From: Haliotis rubra
Taxonomy: Eukaryota
Assembly: GCF_003918875.1 (NCBI RefSeq)
Contig: NW_025765558.1
Span: 1,240,001 to 1,304,000 of the forward strand
DNA length: 64,000 nt
Direction: 5' to 3'
Every line of letters begins with the position of its first letter. The stretch's first letter is position 1. Below the pieces are notes generated by a model. It worked only from the letters and a program-made list of their open reading frames with translations, did not search any database and was not told where the DNA came from. A program made the position numbers and the translations under genes. Shown here piece by piece: positions 35,281 to 49,586 of this stretch.

Positions 35281-37719
35281 ATACTCGTATGTCAATCATG
35301 GCATTCCAGGTTTGAATAGGCCCCTCCAACCTGTGCTTGTAGAAGCCATTAAATACCTTAGCACCCGTGACGATCTGGGTTAGGAAATGATCTTCAGCAA
35401 CCCATATACTTGTCCCAAGGGGCACCTAACGGTATCGGGTGGTCAGGCTATCTGACATGATTGACACATGTCATCGTATCCCAATTGCGTAGAGCGATGC
35501 TCATAATGATGATCACTGGATTGTAGAGTCGATTATTTGTAGACAACCGTCATGTAGCTGGAAAAGTGCTGAGTACGGCGGTAAACACCAAACAAACAAA
35601 CAAACAAAACAAAACATAAACTGAATACATGGGACTGTCATATTCGTTAACTTTGTTCAGTGTGTGTCGTTGTAAACAGACGAAGTGAGACGGTGGTCAT
35701 GATATCAACCACCAGTTTGTCTGTCCCTGACATGAATATTTACATGCCGCCATGACATAGATGGGATATTGAGTGAGTTAACTCATAAATAACGTTTGAC
35801 GATGCACTTAATTTAATTTCAGTCAGCGTCCTGTATAAATGTATTTTATAAAACACACTGGCGTCTCATAATGGATTTACTTTGATCTGTATTGTAATAA
35901 GAGTGAAGAGCGTCCCACCGAGTGTCTCTTCCGTACTCCACACCTGTGTCAATGCTTTACGGAATCAAGTAAGACGCGTCGGGTTCCTTTCCTTAAATTT
36001 GTACTGTCAAGGGAATATCGCAGCTGTTTACGCGTTGATTTGATAAATAATCACACATTTTGCAACCACTTTGTGTGTTACTTACAACATATTCGACACA
36101 GTGCCTCAGTCCAGTTGGCAGGGCAGCATGCATCAAAGAATTGGTAAAAGTTTATTATCTTGATTCAATCTTCTTTTTTTCCCCAGCAAAAACACCGACA
36201 TGACATAGGAATGTAATTAGTACCAGCAAACAACCATTTATTACTCGCCCGTGGAAGATACTGCTGTGTAATATTTTATAGCAGTATTACACTAGTGTAA
36301 TACCGCTAGACGTATGACGTCACAATGCTAATACCTCTGTCACAATGGTATTAGACCTTGCTTGACGCACGGAAAGATGTCTGGAGTCATCACACTCTAG
36401 GCAGTTTCTATCAATTTATGTAGGAGAGTAATAAACAGAATACCAAACTCGCTTCCGTGAAATACCATTTTGATTAAACTCGTGAATGATTTAGTATCAA
36501 ACTCGATTTCGCTTGTTTGATACCAAATTATTAACTCGTTTAATAAAAATGGTATTACAGGGAAAGTCGTTTAGTATCCTCTATTTCGCTGGCATGTGAA
36601 CTTGCACTGGACACAATCAAATGAGGGTGCGAGTGTTAACGGTGCTTTAAAGTGCATTATAAGTCACAACGTGGCAAAGTTGGAGGAGCACAAAGTGACC
36701 CAACTTTTGGAAACGTGAGGGAAACACGCGAGTAGGGAAATGTGTTGCCGACTTGTGAAATTTAGAATTTTGGACTCGAACCCAGGATTTCAGATCAGAT
36801 TCTTCAGTTTCATGTCATCAGCATTAAGCAACATAAACGTTAACGGAAGTTTGAATGATTGAAATAAGAAACGAAAAACATCAGCGAAGAAATCATGCTC
36901 CTTGAAGTACTTCTTTGAACAAGAAAGGGTAAATGATTTAAGGAAGATCACTTAGGCTCATTATGGCAATGTTCTTTGAAAAACACGTCAAAGACTCCAC
37001 GTCTGAAACTGAAGTACTTCGTAGCTGCTGGTTGGAATTTAGTTAATTTATATGACAAGCAGAAACAGACAATCCAATACTGGAGTACCGATCAACGACG
37101 TCACCACTGAGTATGGTTTTAGCAATATCAGATCTATATCACGGCTGGGTACACCAAACATTGGCTTCCGACACTGCACTCATGTGGGGAGTCAAACGTG
37201 ACGAGGGAACACTTTAAACAACTGGGGAGTGAAACCCGAGCTGCTCTTTACCACTCGCTATCCCAGACTCGTCAAACATTCTTTCTTATTTCTCTATCGG
37301 CGGTCGTGTGGTATATTTTTATAGAAAGAAACAAAACAACTCTTACTAGTTTCGTCCATCCCAAGGTTGAGAGGGCCATAGTCATTCGCTTCACAACTCG
37401 AAGACAATAACAAAGACGTCTTAACACTCACGTATATCAAATATATCACGGAAAACTACAAAACCCTTTGTATGCCAGATTCAGAACTTTCATAGTGACC
37501 TCCTGTTGTGTATTGACGCTTCCAGTGGAAGTTCATACATTATAACAGATAAAAGCCATTTGGTGATGTGTCTCTATGTTCATAATGGAGTATAGATAAA
37601 AAAGTTGCTGATGCCGTAATATTTCTTACTCAAAACAAAGTCGATACCATTTTTGCTGAACTATGTATAACTACCATTTAAAGACCTGTAATCGTTACTG
37701 AATCAAGTTTGAATTATGT

Positions 37720-37990
37720 TTTTGGGACAGGAATACCACAGTAATGTGTTGCTGTAATGACATTCATCAATAAGTCTGGAAATAGAAAAGCAACAGAGCA
37801 AAACATAATCAAACACAGTTCACAGAGGTATAATTCCACACAAATGAATGCACGCTGCAATCTAAATAACGTTCTATTTTCATTTTCAAATAATTCCAAA
37901 GCTATTTTAGATCTCTGTAACACTTCTCCCATGGGCAGTTTGGAATAGGCGTTTTGTACTTGTTACGGCAAAGTTTGGAATAACCCCTAG
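37720..37990 (-). pseudogene. Possible F-like heptad repeat B plus transmembrane fragment
   Basis: ORF 37714-37932: VLQRSKIALELFENENRTLFRLQ followed by the hydrophobic stretch AFICVELYLCELCLIMFCSVAFLF. Confidence 0.35.
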
Positions 37991-40900
37991 TTTCCATAAT
38001 CATAGAAAATCTCTATCAAAAGCAGAGCAGATTGTGCGATTATGGCTATACCACGAGGGAATGTTTCTTTGAGGTTGAGACACCTTTGGTCTGTGCCAAC
38101 ACTGAAATGCGTTCGGTAAAGAACGTACATGCCTTATAAAGAAATTATCATAAAATAATCCCAGGCAGGAAATAAGGAGATTACTTTATCCTTTCCTTCC
38201 CACGTGTTGTTTATTGCTGAATGGATCTTGAGAAGATACAGCATCTGACCACATGGACCAAGATGCGTCTTTATTCCAGCATATCTGTAAGACTACGTGA
38301 ACGTTTAACCTGCATACACGCTTTCCAACCCTATGACAAGAAACGTGTTAATCGGCGAAAATCTGAAACCAAATAAACGCATGTCAGAAACGAATCGCAA
38401 TCACGTTACATTTAGTATTTCACTTATCAGCATCTATTTATGGCATTCATGCTTGTTAGCTGGTTTTTCAAAAATAAAAGCTTTCCGTTGATTAAAATGG
38501 GAGATGTCTGTTTAACGTTATTTTGTCATGCCTCTGTAGGATGAAGTGTCGAAGGTGGCTGTCAAGGAGAAGCAACAGGATGTCAGTGTGGGCTTGGGTA
38601 ATGATTGACGTTCTTGTGGGATAAACATGTTGATTATTGTATAATAACGATATTGCATGATGATTAGGTTCCATTCATATTAACTGAGGCTTCAGTAAAT
38701 GGAACAAGATGTTTGTAAAACAAATAAATATTCTGAGGCTATGTATCGGCTCAGGATGGAACTGTAAGATATATTATTTGTTGCACAGCTGGCGCAGTTA
38801 TGAAGGCAACTGATCCTTGTGCTTGGAGTGGTTATATCTGGTGTGCTTAGTTTAATGGGTTCCATCCCGTCTGGTGACAGCAGGGAAACTTTAATTGCAA
38901 TGGTTCAAGAAAACTTCCTTGGGGATAACAAGAGAAACCCATTAAAGGTGCTGGACGAGTGCCAAGATATTAGAGACAACCATTATGTACTTGAGACACT
39001 TTCTGGGCCTCGTTTCCTTAAGACATTTTGTCTTCGATTAATCAGTATATCATGTACCTATTCCATACTGATTAGTGTTGCCAGTATATTCTGGGATGTG
39101 GCATGATGAACATCTGGTATCATTACTATTTGATAGTGATTCATGAACACATCTTCATGGCACAGATGGAATCCTGTAAATAACTCCAGATTCCACTCAG
39201 GAAGATCCGACTTAGAACTTGGTCTTCAGCAACCCATGCTTGTCGTAAGAAGCGACTAACGGGTGGAATCGGATGGTCAGGCTCGCTGACTTGGTTGACA
39301 CATGCCATCGTATCCCAATTGCGTAGATCGATGAACATGATGTTGATCATTCGATTACAGACCGTCGTCATATAGCCGGAATATTGCTCAGTGCGGAGTT
39401 AAACAACAAACAAACAAAACTCCGTGTTCGACAGAAAATTATTTGTTGAATGGGTTTTGTAGTTTCATTTTCCGAAAGGCAGCTGCCATCTCACATACTT
39501 TCTAAATATCTCTTGCATGAGATACTGGAGAACCATGCCAGAACAAGGCCCGATACTCAGAAAACACTTAATCCCATGGATACCGCTAGTCTTGTTCGCC
39601 CATACAACTTGGTCTCGTCAACAATCTCGTCGTCAGTAATTAGGGTTGTCGTAACTGGAATGCCTGTAATCCAGTTAATGGGGCTGTTTTGTTGTTTATT
39701 TGACTCTACTCCCTCGTACCGCATTGTTTTGGTGGCCAGAATTTATGATCATGTCGTCGTGATCAGCACTGGGAGCTCTCCTACACAACCCGTAATACCA
39801 ATATCTGAGGGAAACAAAATGAAGAGTTAAACGATTCTATAAGGCAATTAAACTAAGGTGCTGGGATTTCTCGGGAAAAGCTGATTCTGTCCCGAGCGGA
39901 ATTTCTTTCTCCACTCGGATTAAGTGAACAAATTAGCATTTGAAAACCCTGATCCTGATGGTATTACGATATGCAGGAGGAACGTGGTTTTTACTGAAAA
40001 TGCTCTGTCTCAGACCCTAAGACCCTGTCGTTCAGACCGATTACCGCCAAAGACCCATAGGTTTCACGTTTATAAATCTATCAGTGGCTTGATAGAAAAA
40101 TATACGCCTGAACACCTGGAGTTTCAGTAACGACCCGCATGATGAAAGTCCAAGTTATCAACAGGTACAGAAAACAAACAAACCTTGAGAGTTGTGATCT
40201 TTGCATATCCGTTGGAATTGAATTCTTCATATTTTACACAAAACAGAAACTCGATGAATGAAAAAGGGTCAGATCTGAGGAGTCTTCTTTCTATTGCTAC
40301 AAACCTTTTGAAAGCTTTACTGGTGCCCTATTGTAACCCTGATCAAACAATTTCTTGTTTCATGAAAAGTGCATGCTCGACTATACCTTAAAGTTGTGAA
40401 AAAAGATATCAAATTACTGATTAAAGTAATGTCGGTCCTTTCGAACGACAGAGGATCTGTTGCTTATTAGATTTTATGTCTCGGATGTAATTTCACTCAA
40501 GAGTTGGATGAGCAGAAAAGTAATTGATTGATTAAATCGTGGGCATAGACAGTTTAAAGAAAAGCCCCGACCCAGCATAAACGTACGACAGCTGCAGTCT
40601 TTTGAAGACATTGGTAAAATACAATAAACTGTGTACATTTGGACTACGTTTAAGCTAACTATTCAAGCTACAGTCTTTGGTGTGTACATTTGGACTACGT
40701 TTTAAGCACCCCCGGATGTATTTTGTTGAGTCCGACTTCAACGACTCTAATACGACGTAAGCTCAAACGTTGAATGATCAGGTTCCTGATATATTATCAT
40801 GGATAAAAGACGGTTCTAATGTCTAGCTATTGCTGGAATACCATGTTCCAGTCAAACAAGACACAATCGTTCATCACAGGTGAATAAACAGCTGGTTCTG

Positions 40901-41327
40901 TCTGTTTAAAAAAGTATTTTTTGAGCCAAAGTTGGTGTGGTTTAAGTTCTCATTTGACAAGTTTGTCACCTAATTTTGGTCCCACAGATGGGTTCAAATA
41001 TGTGATTTGACCTTTAGCCCGTGTTTTAAATATGATTTCATATTTCTGATGCATTTGCTTAGATGTGAAACTTTGTCTCGTTGTTATATGGCTGAGGTTG
41101 TACAAGTTTACATTTTTTATCAGATGTGTGAGACTCTTGTGTCCATAGTCGTGATATTTCTGGAATATATTAAACAGGCATTAACAGGAACGTAAACACG
41201 TTGGCTAACATCTACTAAAAGTTCAGAAACACTTACTCCTTTGCAATGATACTCTGTACATTATGACTCCGGTCGTCTTTAGATCTAGTCTTCGGTACTA
41301 CTAGTGGAAGGGATGTTTGTATACAAT

Positions 41328-41328
<1 letters not shown>

Positions 41329-41385
<57 letters not shown>
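41329..41385. repeat. (TG)n/(GCGT)n microsatellite
   Basis: Directly visible. Paralogous positions (~13680-13725 and ~27345-27380) carry shorter, degenerate versions. Confidence 0.95.
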
Positions 41386-42788
41386 ACATGTGCAGCCGTT
41401 CTTTTATATGCATCAGTCAAGATTTAATTGTGAACATACAACAGGACCTTGGCTTGGAATCGGAAGCACAAACAGTTCAGTTATCGATCAAGGTGGATAT
41501 TTCTTGAGGCAGCATAGCTGATTGTCGTGTCATAATTACATCGCACATAGCATGACACCGCAACAACGCCTCCAATTCTAGGAATTATGTTCATAATCGC
41601 ACATCGTAAACAGTAACTGCTGTTTATGAGATTTCCAATCTCCCCATTGCTATTCATTAGAAACCCATTAACTCTCCCTTGGGATTGCATGCGAGGCAAT
41701 ATCATCTGCATTTCATCCCATGTGCTTGAGACGTTTTTCATAATCTCAGAACTCTGTGCGGAGTCTGCAGTCGCATGACCACTGGTACGATTTGTAAGTT
41801 AGCAGAGATTTCTTATTGATGTGCGAAGGGTTTTTTCGAAACGAGTAATATGCATTGTTGAGTTGATGCAGACAGATTGCACAGATCATTTAGAATCTGC
41901 AGCGTGGCACAGTAAGAGTCGCTCCGTTGTCTGAAAGTTGCGATGAGATGTTTGTTTGTGTCTGGGGAAAACTATGCATAAAGTCGTAATGAAAAATGTT
42001 TGCTCGTAGTTGTCTGTTGAGTCTGAAGCATTGGGGTAGCCGTGTGGTTACAGCGTTCTTCCGTCCCGCCCGGTACGATTTCCACTTGAGAACAATGGGA
42101 AATCCAATTTCCGGTGATGTTGCAGGAATATTGCTAAAACCGGCGTGAAAACTCACGCACTCACTGAACGGTGTCAAGAGAACGTGTGGTTGCCTTGTTG
42201 ATTAGATAATCCACGTGGGTACAAACCGTGACACGTATTTCTGGTGTGATATGTTTGGAGAATTCCCAAACTGGCATAACACTATATTCTCTTAAGAGCC
42301 TCATTTCGCTTTGCAGAGTAGCGTCCCTTAGATATCTGGATTTATATCTCGGTTGAAGGACACCCTCATGTATTTCACGTAAGTGGTTAAAATATATGTG
42401 TTATTTTGAAGTTACTCGCACTTTAGGTCCAGTATCGTTAGTAGTATCCACTAAATCTCTACAACCAAGTCAGCCTCCTGTAAAACCTTAATATACGATT
42501 GACGGTGCCATCGCGTTGAAGAAACAATACAATACGATCTTCTGTAACCTTTGCCTTGAGAAACAGTTTAAGCTTATTATCAGTATCACATATTACCGTT
42601 ACATCAGTTTATTACCGATATATTTCAGATTATTTCATTTATAATATCTGTTTGCCGTACGAGACAATAATATGGATCGGGTGTTGCTGTCTCTGATCTG
42701 GTTGATGGATGTCATCGTATCACAATTGTGTAGAATGATGTACATGGTTAAATACATTTACAGTTTGACGTAGAGAATTTGCCATGGG

Positions 42789-43030
42789 GTGAGTGAGTGA
42801 GTTAGTTTTACGCCGCACTCAGCAATATTCCAGCCATATGGCGGAGATCTGTAAATAATCGAGTCTGGACCAAACAATCCAGTGATCAACAGCATGAGCA
42901 TCGATCTGTGCTATTGGGAGCCGATGACATGTGTCAACCAAGTCAGCGAGCCTGACCACCCGATCCCGTTGGTCGGCTTTTACGACAAGCATGAGTAACT
43001 GAAGATAAGTTCTAACCCGGATCTTCACGT
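42789..43030 (-). mobile_element. SINE family A copy; paralogue at 52255-52480
   Basis: Reverse complement of the family A consensus. Both copies are followed by the same ~200 bp sequence. Confidence 0.9.
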
Positions 43031-46000
43031 GTCCTCTACATTTGGGGTTTTAGGTACAATATAGCATACGCTTTGAAGGAGTATTTCAAAGAATGTCATA
43101 CAACTCCTGCTGAAAGGTTGTTTGGTCAAGGTTATATTCACTGCCCCAGAAACTGTTTCAAAAGGTTTACGGCCGACATGTTCAAATATCGCGAATCAGT
43201 GAGAAAAGTGATGAGCGATTCCCAATGTTACGTTACGACAAGAATGGGTTACTGAAGATCAATATTTTAACACGGGTCATGGGGACCAACAAAAGCTTGA
43301 CGATTCAAACAAATTTGAGTTTTGAATGATCGGGACCGCCTTCTAAACAGCTAAATCGACGAAACGGTTCTGGAGAAGATCCACGAGAAAAGGTCAGTGC
43401 ATGTTACTGACAAACCAGGAATAATAACTAGGGCTTCTTTGGGATTCGAACCGATGATGAAAGGGTTAATGTCCCACTTGTACAAGACCATCCCAAGGGG
43501 TACGACTATTTCAAGTTTATATTAGAATGGTCAACCTGTTGTGTGAGACATTTCAACTGCTGTAGAGTAACAGATGTTATATTTGGGATGACACTCCCTT
43601 AGTAAAATACAGATTCTAGCACGGAGTCAACTCTAAAGAAGTACTAGAATTTGTACTGTACGAAGAAATCGTAATCCCAAATATATCATATGTTACATTT
43701 GACCATTTTCTAAATGGCACTGTGTATTCATGCTGTCAAGTATTTTTACTCCATATTTCCAGTAACGCCTGAAATGCCAAAGTGACATATATATATATAT
43801 GTCTATTGTCTTCATCCTCATTTTGAAGTGAACATTTCTTAAATCGTGTGGGAAATGGTATGTCGAGTGTTATTATCCGCAGTCATTTTATACAAATCGC
43901 GTTATTCTAAACTACCTCAGACATTTAGGTAAATCATAAGTATCGCAATTTCTAATATTTTACCAAATCGCTATTTACGTCCATATTTATCAACATCTGG
44001 TACTTGACAAATTGTAGATATCAAATTTAGATTCTATATTCCTGGGCAAGTGTATGGTAATAATTTATAGAACACACAATGCCATTTAGAAAGTTTCTGA
44101 GAAAGCGTAATCCCAAATATAACATATGCTATTATTATAGAGATAAAGAGCCACTTTTACGGAGTTCTCGTACAACGTTCACGTTTTGAATTTCATAAAA
44201 AAATGTGCGTTCTGACAAAAGCTCACACTATCCTTTTGTTTTAAGCCTTCTTGGTTTCATCAGGTTCCTTCGAGCTCTGGTACTAAGGACATTAAATCTA
44301 TAATGGTAGTACTTTTTGCAAAGTGGAATGTCTTTATTTACGACATGTTTTGAAAGAAACCCCTTTCCATATATAATGTGTATGTTTGTGAATCACTAAT
44401 TACCAACGGATATTCGGGTATCCCATGCTTTTTGCGAGAGAGACAAACGGAATCGTGTCGCTAATGTATGTCATCGTATCCTAGTGGCTCATGATATCAA
44501 TTACTGGATTGTTTGGTCCATTCAATTGTAAACTGGCTGCCGTCACAAAACTGCAAATCAGATGGCGGCTCTAAACAAACAAACACACAAATAAACGTGA
44601 ATCGCCACCACAGAGTGATTATGCCAGAGGTGACGAGTTTATCCTTCTCACCAGTAACACAGAAACGTGGCAATTAGGGAATTGCAATGGACATCATGTT
44701 TATCACTGATCTAATCTGCCTGAAAATATCCTCAAATATGTCGACTATAAATATCTTTAATATCTTTACTGAGTGACTGAATACTATTATTGATGAATCA
44801 TCTTTTGAACATGAGTCGAATTTAGCGATGTGATGCTCAAACGTGATGATTAAAAGAAAATCTCTTTGTGAAACCTACAGTTGAAGAAACTCCTGAAAAA
44901 AACATGTACAACACTCCTCAGACACGACGCCTTGATTATTTACTTCCAGCTCCATCATTAGCTCCTACGACACATCTACACGGTTTATATTGTGTGATAA
45001 GACCGTTCTGACCTTTTGGCTGATGTCAGTACACATTTAGCAGAGCTTTAATGAACCACTTCCTATGCAAACGGAACTGATTGGCAAGGGACTGGTCTTT
45101 GTGATGGACGCCAGAATGAACGACGGCAAGGCATTTGATTCCTCAGCCCTTGCGACCTGCTTTGCTTGTGTTTACACGTACATGCCCTATATTGTAGGGC
45201 TGGTGAATATAAGTAATCTAAAAATCGAAATGTCTAAAACACATTTGCTTGATTTTTTAATCTATAAAGCTGAGGTTGATACGCGCGCTTTTGTTTTGGT
45301 TCTATGAATACATAGATAACGTCTGTGTATTGGTGTAAATGTATATATATTAAATAAATGTCATAATCAAAAGTTGGCCAAATCAGAATCCATTGTGAGA
45401 TATGTGTATATCATATTCATGTATCTATGCATCAAACAAGTGAAGACGCCTAATGGCAAAAAGGTCAGCGCATCCTGCTCCATAAGTGCATTTTCAAAGA
45501 CAATGAGAAGAGTTATGGAAAGTGATTTTTCGCTTTTTTCTGATTTGCACACGCAGATATAGCGCTCCTGTAATTTGGTGTCTGGCATTTTATGCTGTAC
45601 TGCATGATCTAATTCACTCAGCCCCAAAAAGTAATTAAACGTAATCTTCCATTCTTCTTCCAAACAAACACTCACGACATTAATACCACCATCTAACCTA
45701 TTCTTCCTGAACAAGCAGAGGGAACTGTGCCAGCAGAGGGAACTGTGCCAATACCCCCTGGACATTGTTTTAAAGCTGTAAGAAAAAAGTCAGAGACGAT
45801 GTATTAACAGTTAGACGATTAAATATTCCCATAAGGTCTCAGAAGTATTTTGTAATTTGCGTGTGTGGTGTTTGTCTTTACCTATGGCTCCTTGGGATGG
45901 GAACCAGAGTGATTGGTCCAGATTTCAAAGCCAATGTAGTCTCACTAAAGAGTTTGAACATACATCCAGTTAATGGTAGCGTTGCGCCCTCAAGTATCAC

Positions 46001-49000
46001 AAGGAAGCTTGCAGACCTGACGTAACACGTACCTAACTATGACCAAAATGGAATCCTATTTCAGAACAACATGATCAGAGTATTCCCCAGTTAAGCAAAC
46101 AAATAATATGTAACCATTGTGCGGTGACACGTGAGTCTGGCACACAAAGTCAAGCTAACCAAGTTCGTGAAGAGTCGGTATTGTGGGTTTCTTAAAAAAC
46201 CATTCGCTCCAGCTTCGGTTGCATTTGCAATATCGTCGTGCGTCCTCATAAGTGTCATCGACACATCGATTAAACACTCGTTGTCTGAATGGTTGTCTGC
46301 TCAAATGAATCGTTTAGATCTTGTATTTGCTTCAGCAATTATCTAAGTCAAAAACCGCCATTTATATATCGAATTCTGAACATTATGGCGAAGACTTCGA
46401 CTGCCGTGAAGTTAACAGAGCGAAGCAAATACATTCTTTCTCCACAACTGATTAAATTTGTGTGAACAGGGCTATTTGATGATAAGCGTGATGTTTGATT
46501 TCAGTATCACAAAGCCGCTTGAGGGCGAATATCCCGATACTGATATGTGCCGCATTTCGCTGTGCAGAGTTGCATCCCTATGCTGATTCGGGAACCTGTG
46601 AGGTTCCAACACCAGAATTGTCCCGACAATGCTACATGGTCTGTAAACATCATATTCGTTATTATCAGTTTCGTGCTAATGATAAATATCGATGGTCACT
46701 TTGGGAATTTATTATACAGCAATCTGACACATCCCGGCATAATTGACATATGGCAAATGTTGCGTAACTTCCAACGAACTGATGTCGACATTTAATTCAT
46801 ATTACGTCTCATTCTGGACACTTCTGAAAGAGTATTTATGATCATTTATGATCATGGACGTATTATTTGTGGTAAAGTGTAATACCATTGTTTGTTGATA
46901 TTGCCTCGGATTAAGCTTTTTTCCCCGCCCTTTGATGTTATAGATGAAGTTTTAGCAGCAAATAAACATGTAGTTAAAGTAATATTTCCTTATATTTCGT
47001 TTTCTTTGATAAAAGATTACAGATGCAAAATGATGTTTTAAAGGTATTTGCACTTCCTAATTCCCCTGGTTTGAAACCTTTGGAAAAGTATATCAAAGAA
47101 GCATTAAAATGCATTTTCCCATGTGTCTTTGAACAAACATTGATTTGTTTTCTGCGATTGCCAAATGTGTGGTCAGCGCTGAAATGGGGATCAGCGGGGG
47201 ATAATTATTATTGACTACCGTGCAATTAATAAGAATCCCTTCATAAAGATAAAATTATTGTTTGAATGGAGTAAAGTGTGTTTTGAAGCGTTTCTATAAT
47301 ACAAGGTCTGTTTGATTATTACATGTATAATAAACACATTTTACTGGAGAATAACAGGTAACTTATTCTACCAGTAACTCAAGAAACTGTAATGAAGCCG
47401 AGATTTCATGTCTTACGCTGTGCTCTAAGACTAAAGTGATTCATGTTGATGTCCAGTCGGATTTGCAGTCACTGTTTCACAATGGGTACGGATGGTTGTG
47501 GACGTTAGGATGAGTATCAAAACCAAAAGACTCATCCTCGCCTCACCCCCTCCCCCACCCCAACAGAAAACACACGAAACATAAAGAAAACAAAAGAAAG
47601 AAAAACAAACACGAAATATATATTTTGTGCATTGTGTGTGCTTTTCTTTGTATCTTCTCAAAGTTGGGGCACTGGTGGCCCAGTTCTCTAAGGCATTGCA
47701 ATTTGCTGTACAGGATTGCGTCCCATGGGTACACCATAAACCTGTGATCGTGGGTTCCAATCCTCTTTCGTTCCTGTTATTCTTCCAGTTTTGTCATCAT
47801 CACACCCTTGCTCGTAGCGTTTGGTACTGAACGTCTTGGACCTACATCAATTTGGTCTATCCTTACTACTTCTTATCCTTACTGATCTGTCAAGCTGTGA
47901 CATGAACGGGAACCTTGTACAATCAACGTTAAATCTCCTGCAATCTACGAAACGATTTCCGGGACCTGTGAGACCTGGGGAATCTTGTATTAGCATAGAT
48001 TTTAAGATAATCCGAAGTTATATGACTTTAGCAGAATACTTCACTGCAGCTGTTCAACGTTCTTCCCAGTCGTCATCATTGTGTAGCGAGACTTGGCGGG
48101 GAAAATAGCGTCTATTGAGTACAGTTGTATGGAGAAAAACGTTTAAGCTGTCCAAACGGATTAACTTGAAAGGACCTCCTCACCATGTAGCACAGCAGGA
48201 CAATTTAGTCCTATTCATATCACGTAATTAGCAGTCGGAAGAGTTAACGTAATTTCTTGAAGTACTGCATGAACTGAAGCGACGTTGACATAATTCTTGA
48301 GTGCCGTGCTCTCCATCAATGTAATAGCGGTGATGTTGTCGAGTGGTAAATGCGTTTGCCGTTGGCTACCTCGGTATGTTTTGAGACATGTATTAAAGCC
48401 ATTTCGCCCATTCTTTGAAGAATCGAAAATATTCTTGCAATAAGGTAAAATGACGTAATGGATGCTGACATAAAAACCCAGCTGTACTGGTATCTCAATC
48501 ATGTCGTTCCCATGTACACGCGTGTCAATTCCAGGTTAGAATAGGCCCCGACAACCTGTGCTTGTCGTAGAAGCGACTAAATACATGGGCACCCGTGCAG
48601 ATGTATAGTCCTGGTCTTCAGCAACCCATGCTTGTCCTAAGAGGCGACTAACGATATCTGGTGGTCAAGCTATCTGACACGTCATCGTATCCCAATTGCG
48701 TAGATCGATGCTCATGTTGTTGATCACTGGATTGTCTGGTACAGACTCGATTATTTGGAGACATCCGTTATATTGATGGAAAATTCCAGTGTGGCATTAA
48801 ACAACGATAAACCAACCAAACAAAACAAAGCATAAGCTAAATACATGTCAGATTCGGTAACTTTGTTCAACGTGTGTCGTCGTAACCAGAGACGTGACAT
48901 GATTCTCTGACCCGAATGCTTACATGTATGGCGCCGTTACACAGATGGGAAACTGATTGAGTTTACTCACGAATAAGGTTGAACGATGTACTAAATTTGA

Positions 49001-49467
49001 TTTCAGTCAGCATACTGTATCTTGTGAGGATACGTAAGTCCCAAAACATTCAAGGTAAATTTAAACCTAACACATTATTTAATCGTAGGATATATGTTTT
49101 TTTAACTTGTGTCTAGATTTTGTCCACCATCGCTAGCATCTGAAGGGATGGTGTAAATCCCCATGGTCCCAAGTATGGGGATCTATCTTCAAGTGTTGGC
49201 GATTTATAGCCCATTTTTATTCTGTATTGTCTTAATTTGAAATCCAATTTGAGAGAGAGATGCTAGTTTTATTTCTTGATACTGTGATATTCTAGTTTTA
49301 CTGTCATACGTTGACAGGTTTTTATAATTTACATGCATTTATGGTGAATTGAAAGCTTGTTGTAGACTAGTCATGATATGACTGAAATATTGCCGATGTG
49401 ACTTTAAATTTTGACTCACTCACTCAGAATACTGCAGAAGCCCAAGCACAGGGACAGTGACAAAACT

Positions 49468-49586
49468 GGCTATCCATTCTCGAAACCTTCGTAGCCTTAA
49501 GAACTTCTTAAGCCCATTCTGAACACATTGGCTATGATCAAAGTTAAGAATTCTTAGGGCTACGAACGTTTCGAGAATAAGGGCCC
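49468..49586. mobile_element. Short MITE with long terminal inverted repeats
   Basis: attctcgaaaccttcgtagccttaagaact ... aattcttagggctacgaacgtttcgagaat. Confidence 0.7.

Larger units (their letters stand above)
22560..36410 (+). repeat. Higher-order tandem unit 1 (~13.8 kb)
   Basis: The anchor gaacttgcactgga(c/t)acaatcaaatgagggtgcgag recurs at ~22734, 36598 and 50128, with collinear content between anchors. Confidence 0.9.
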
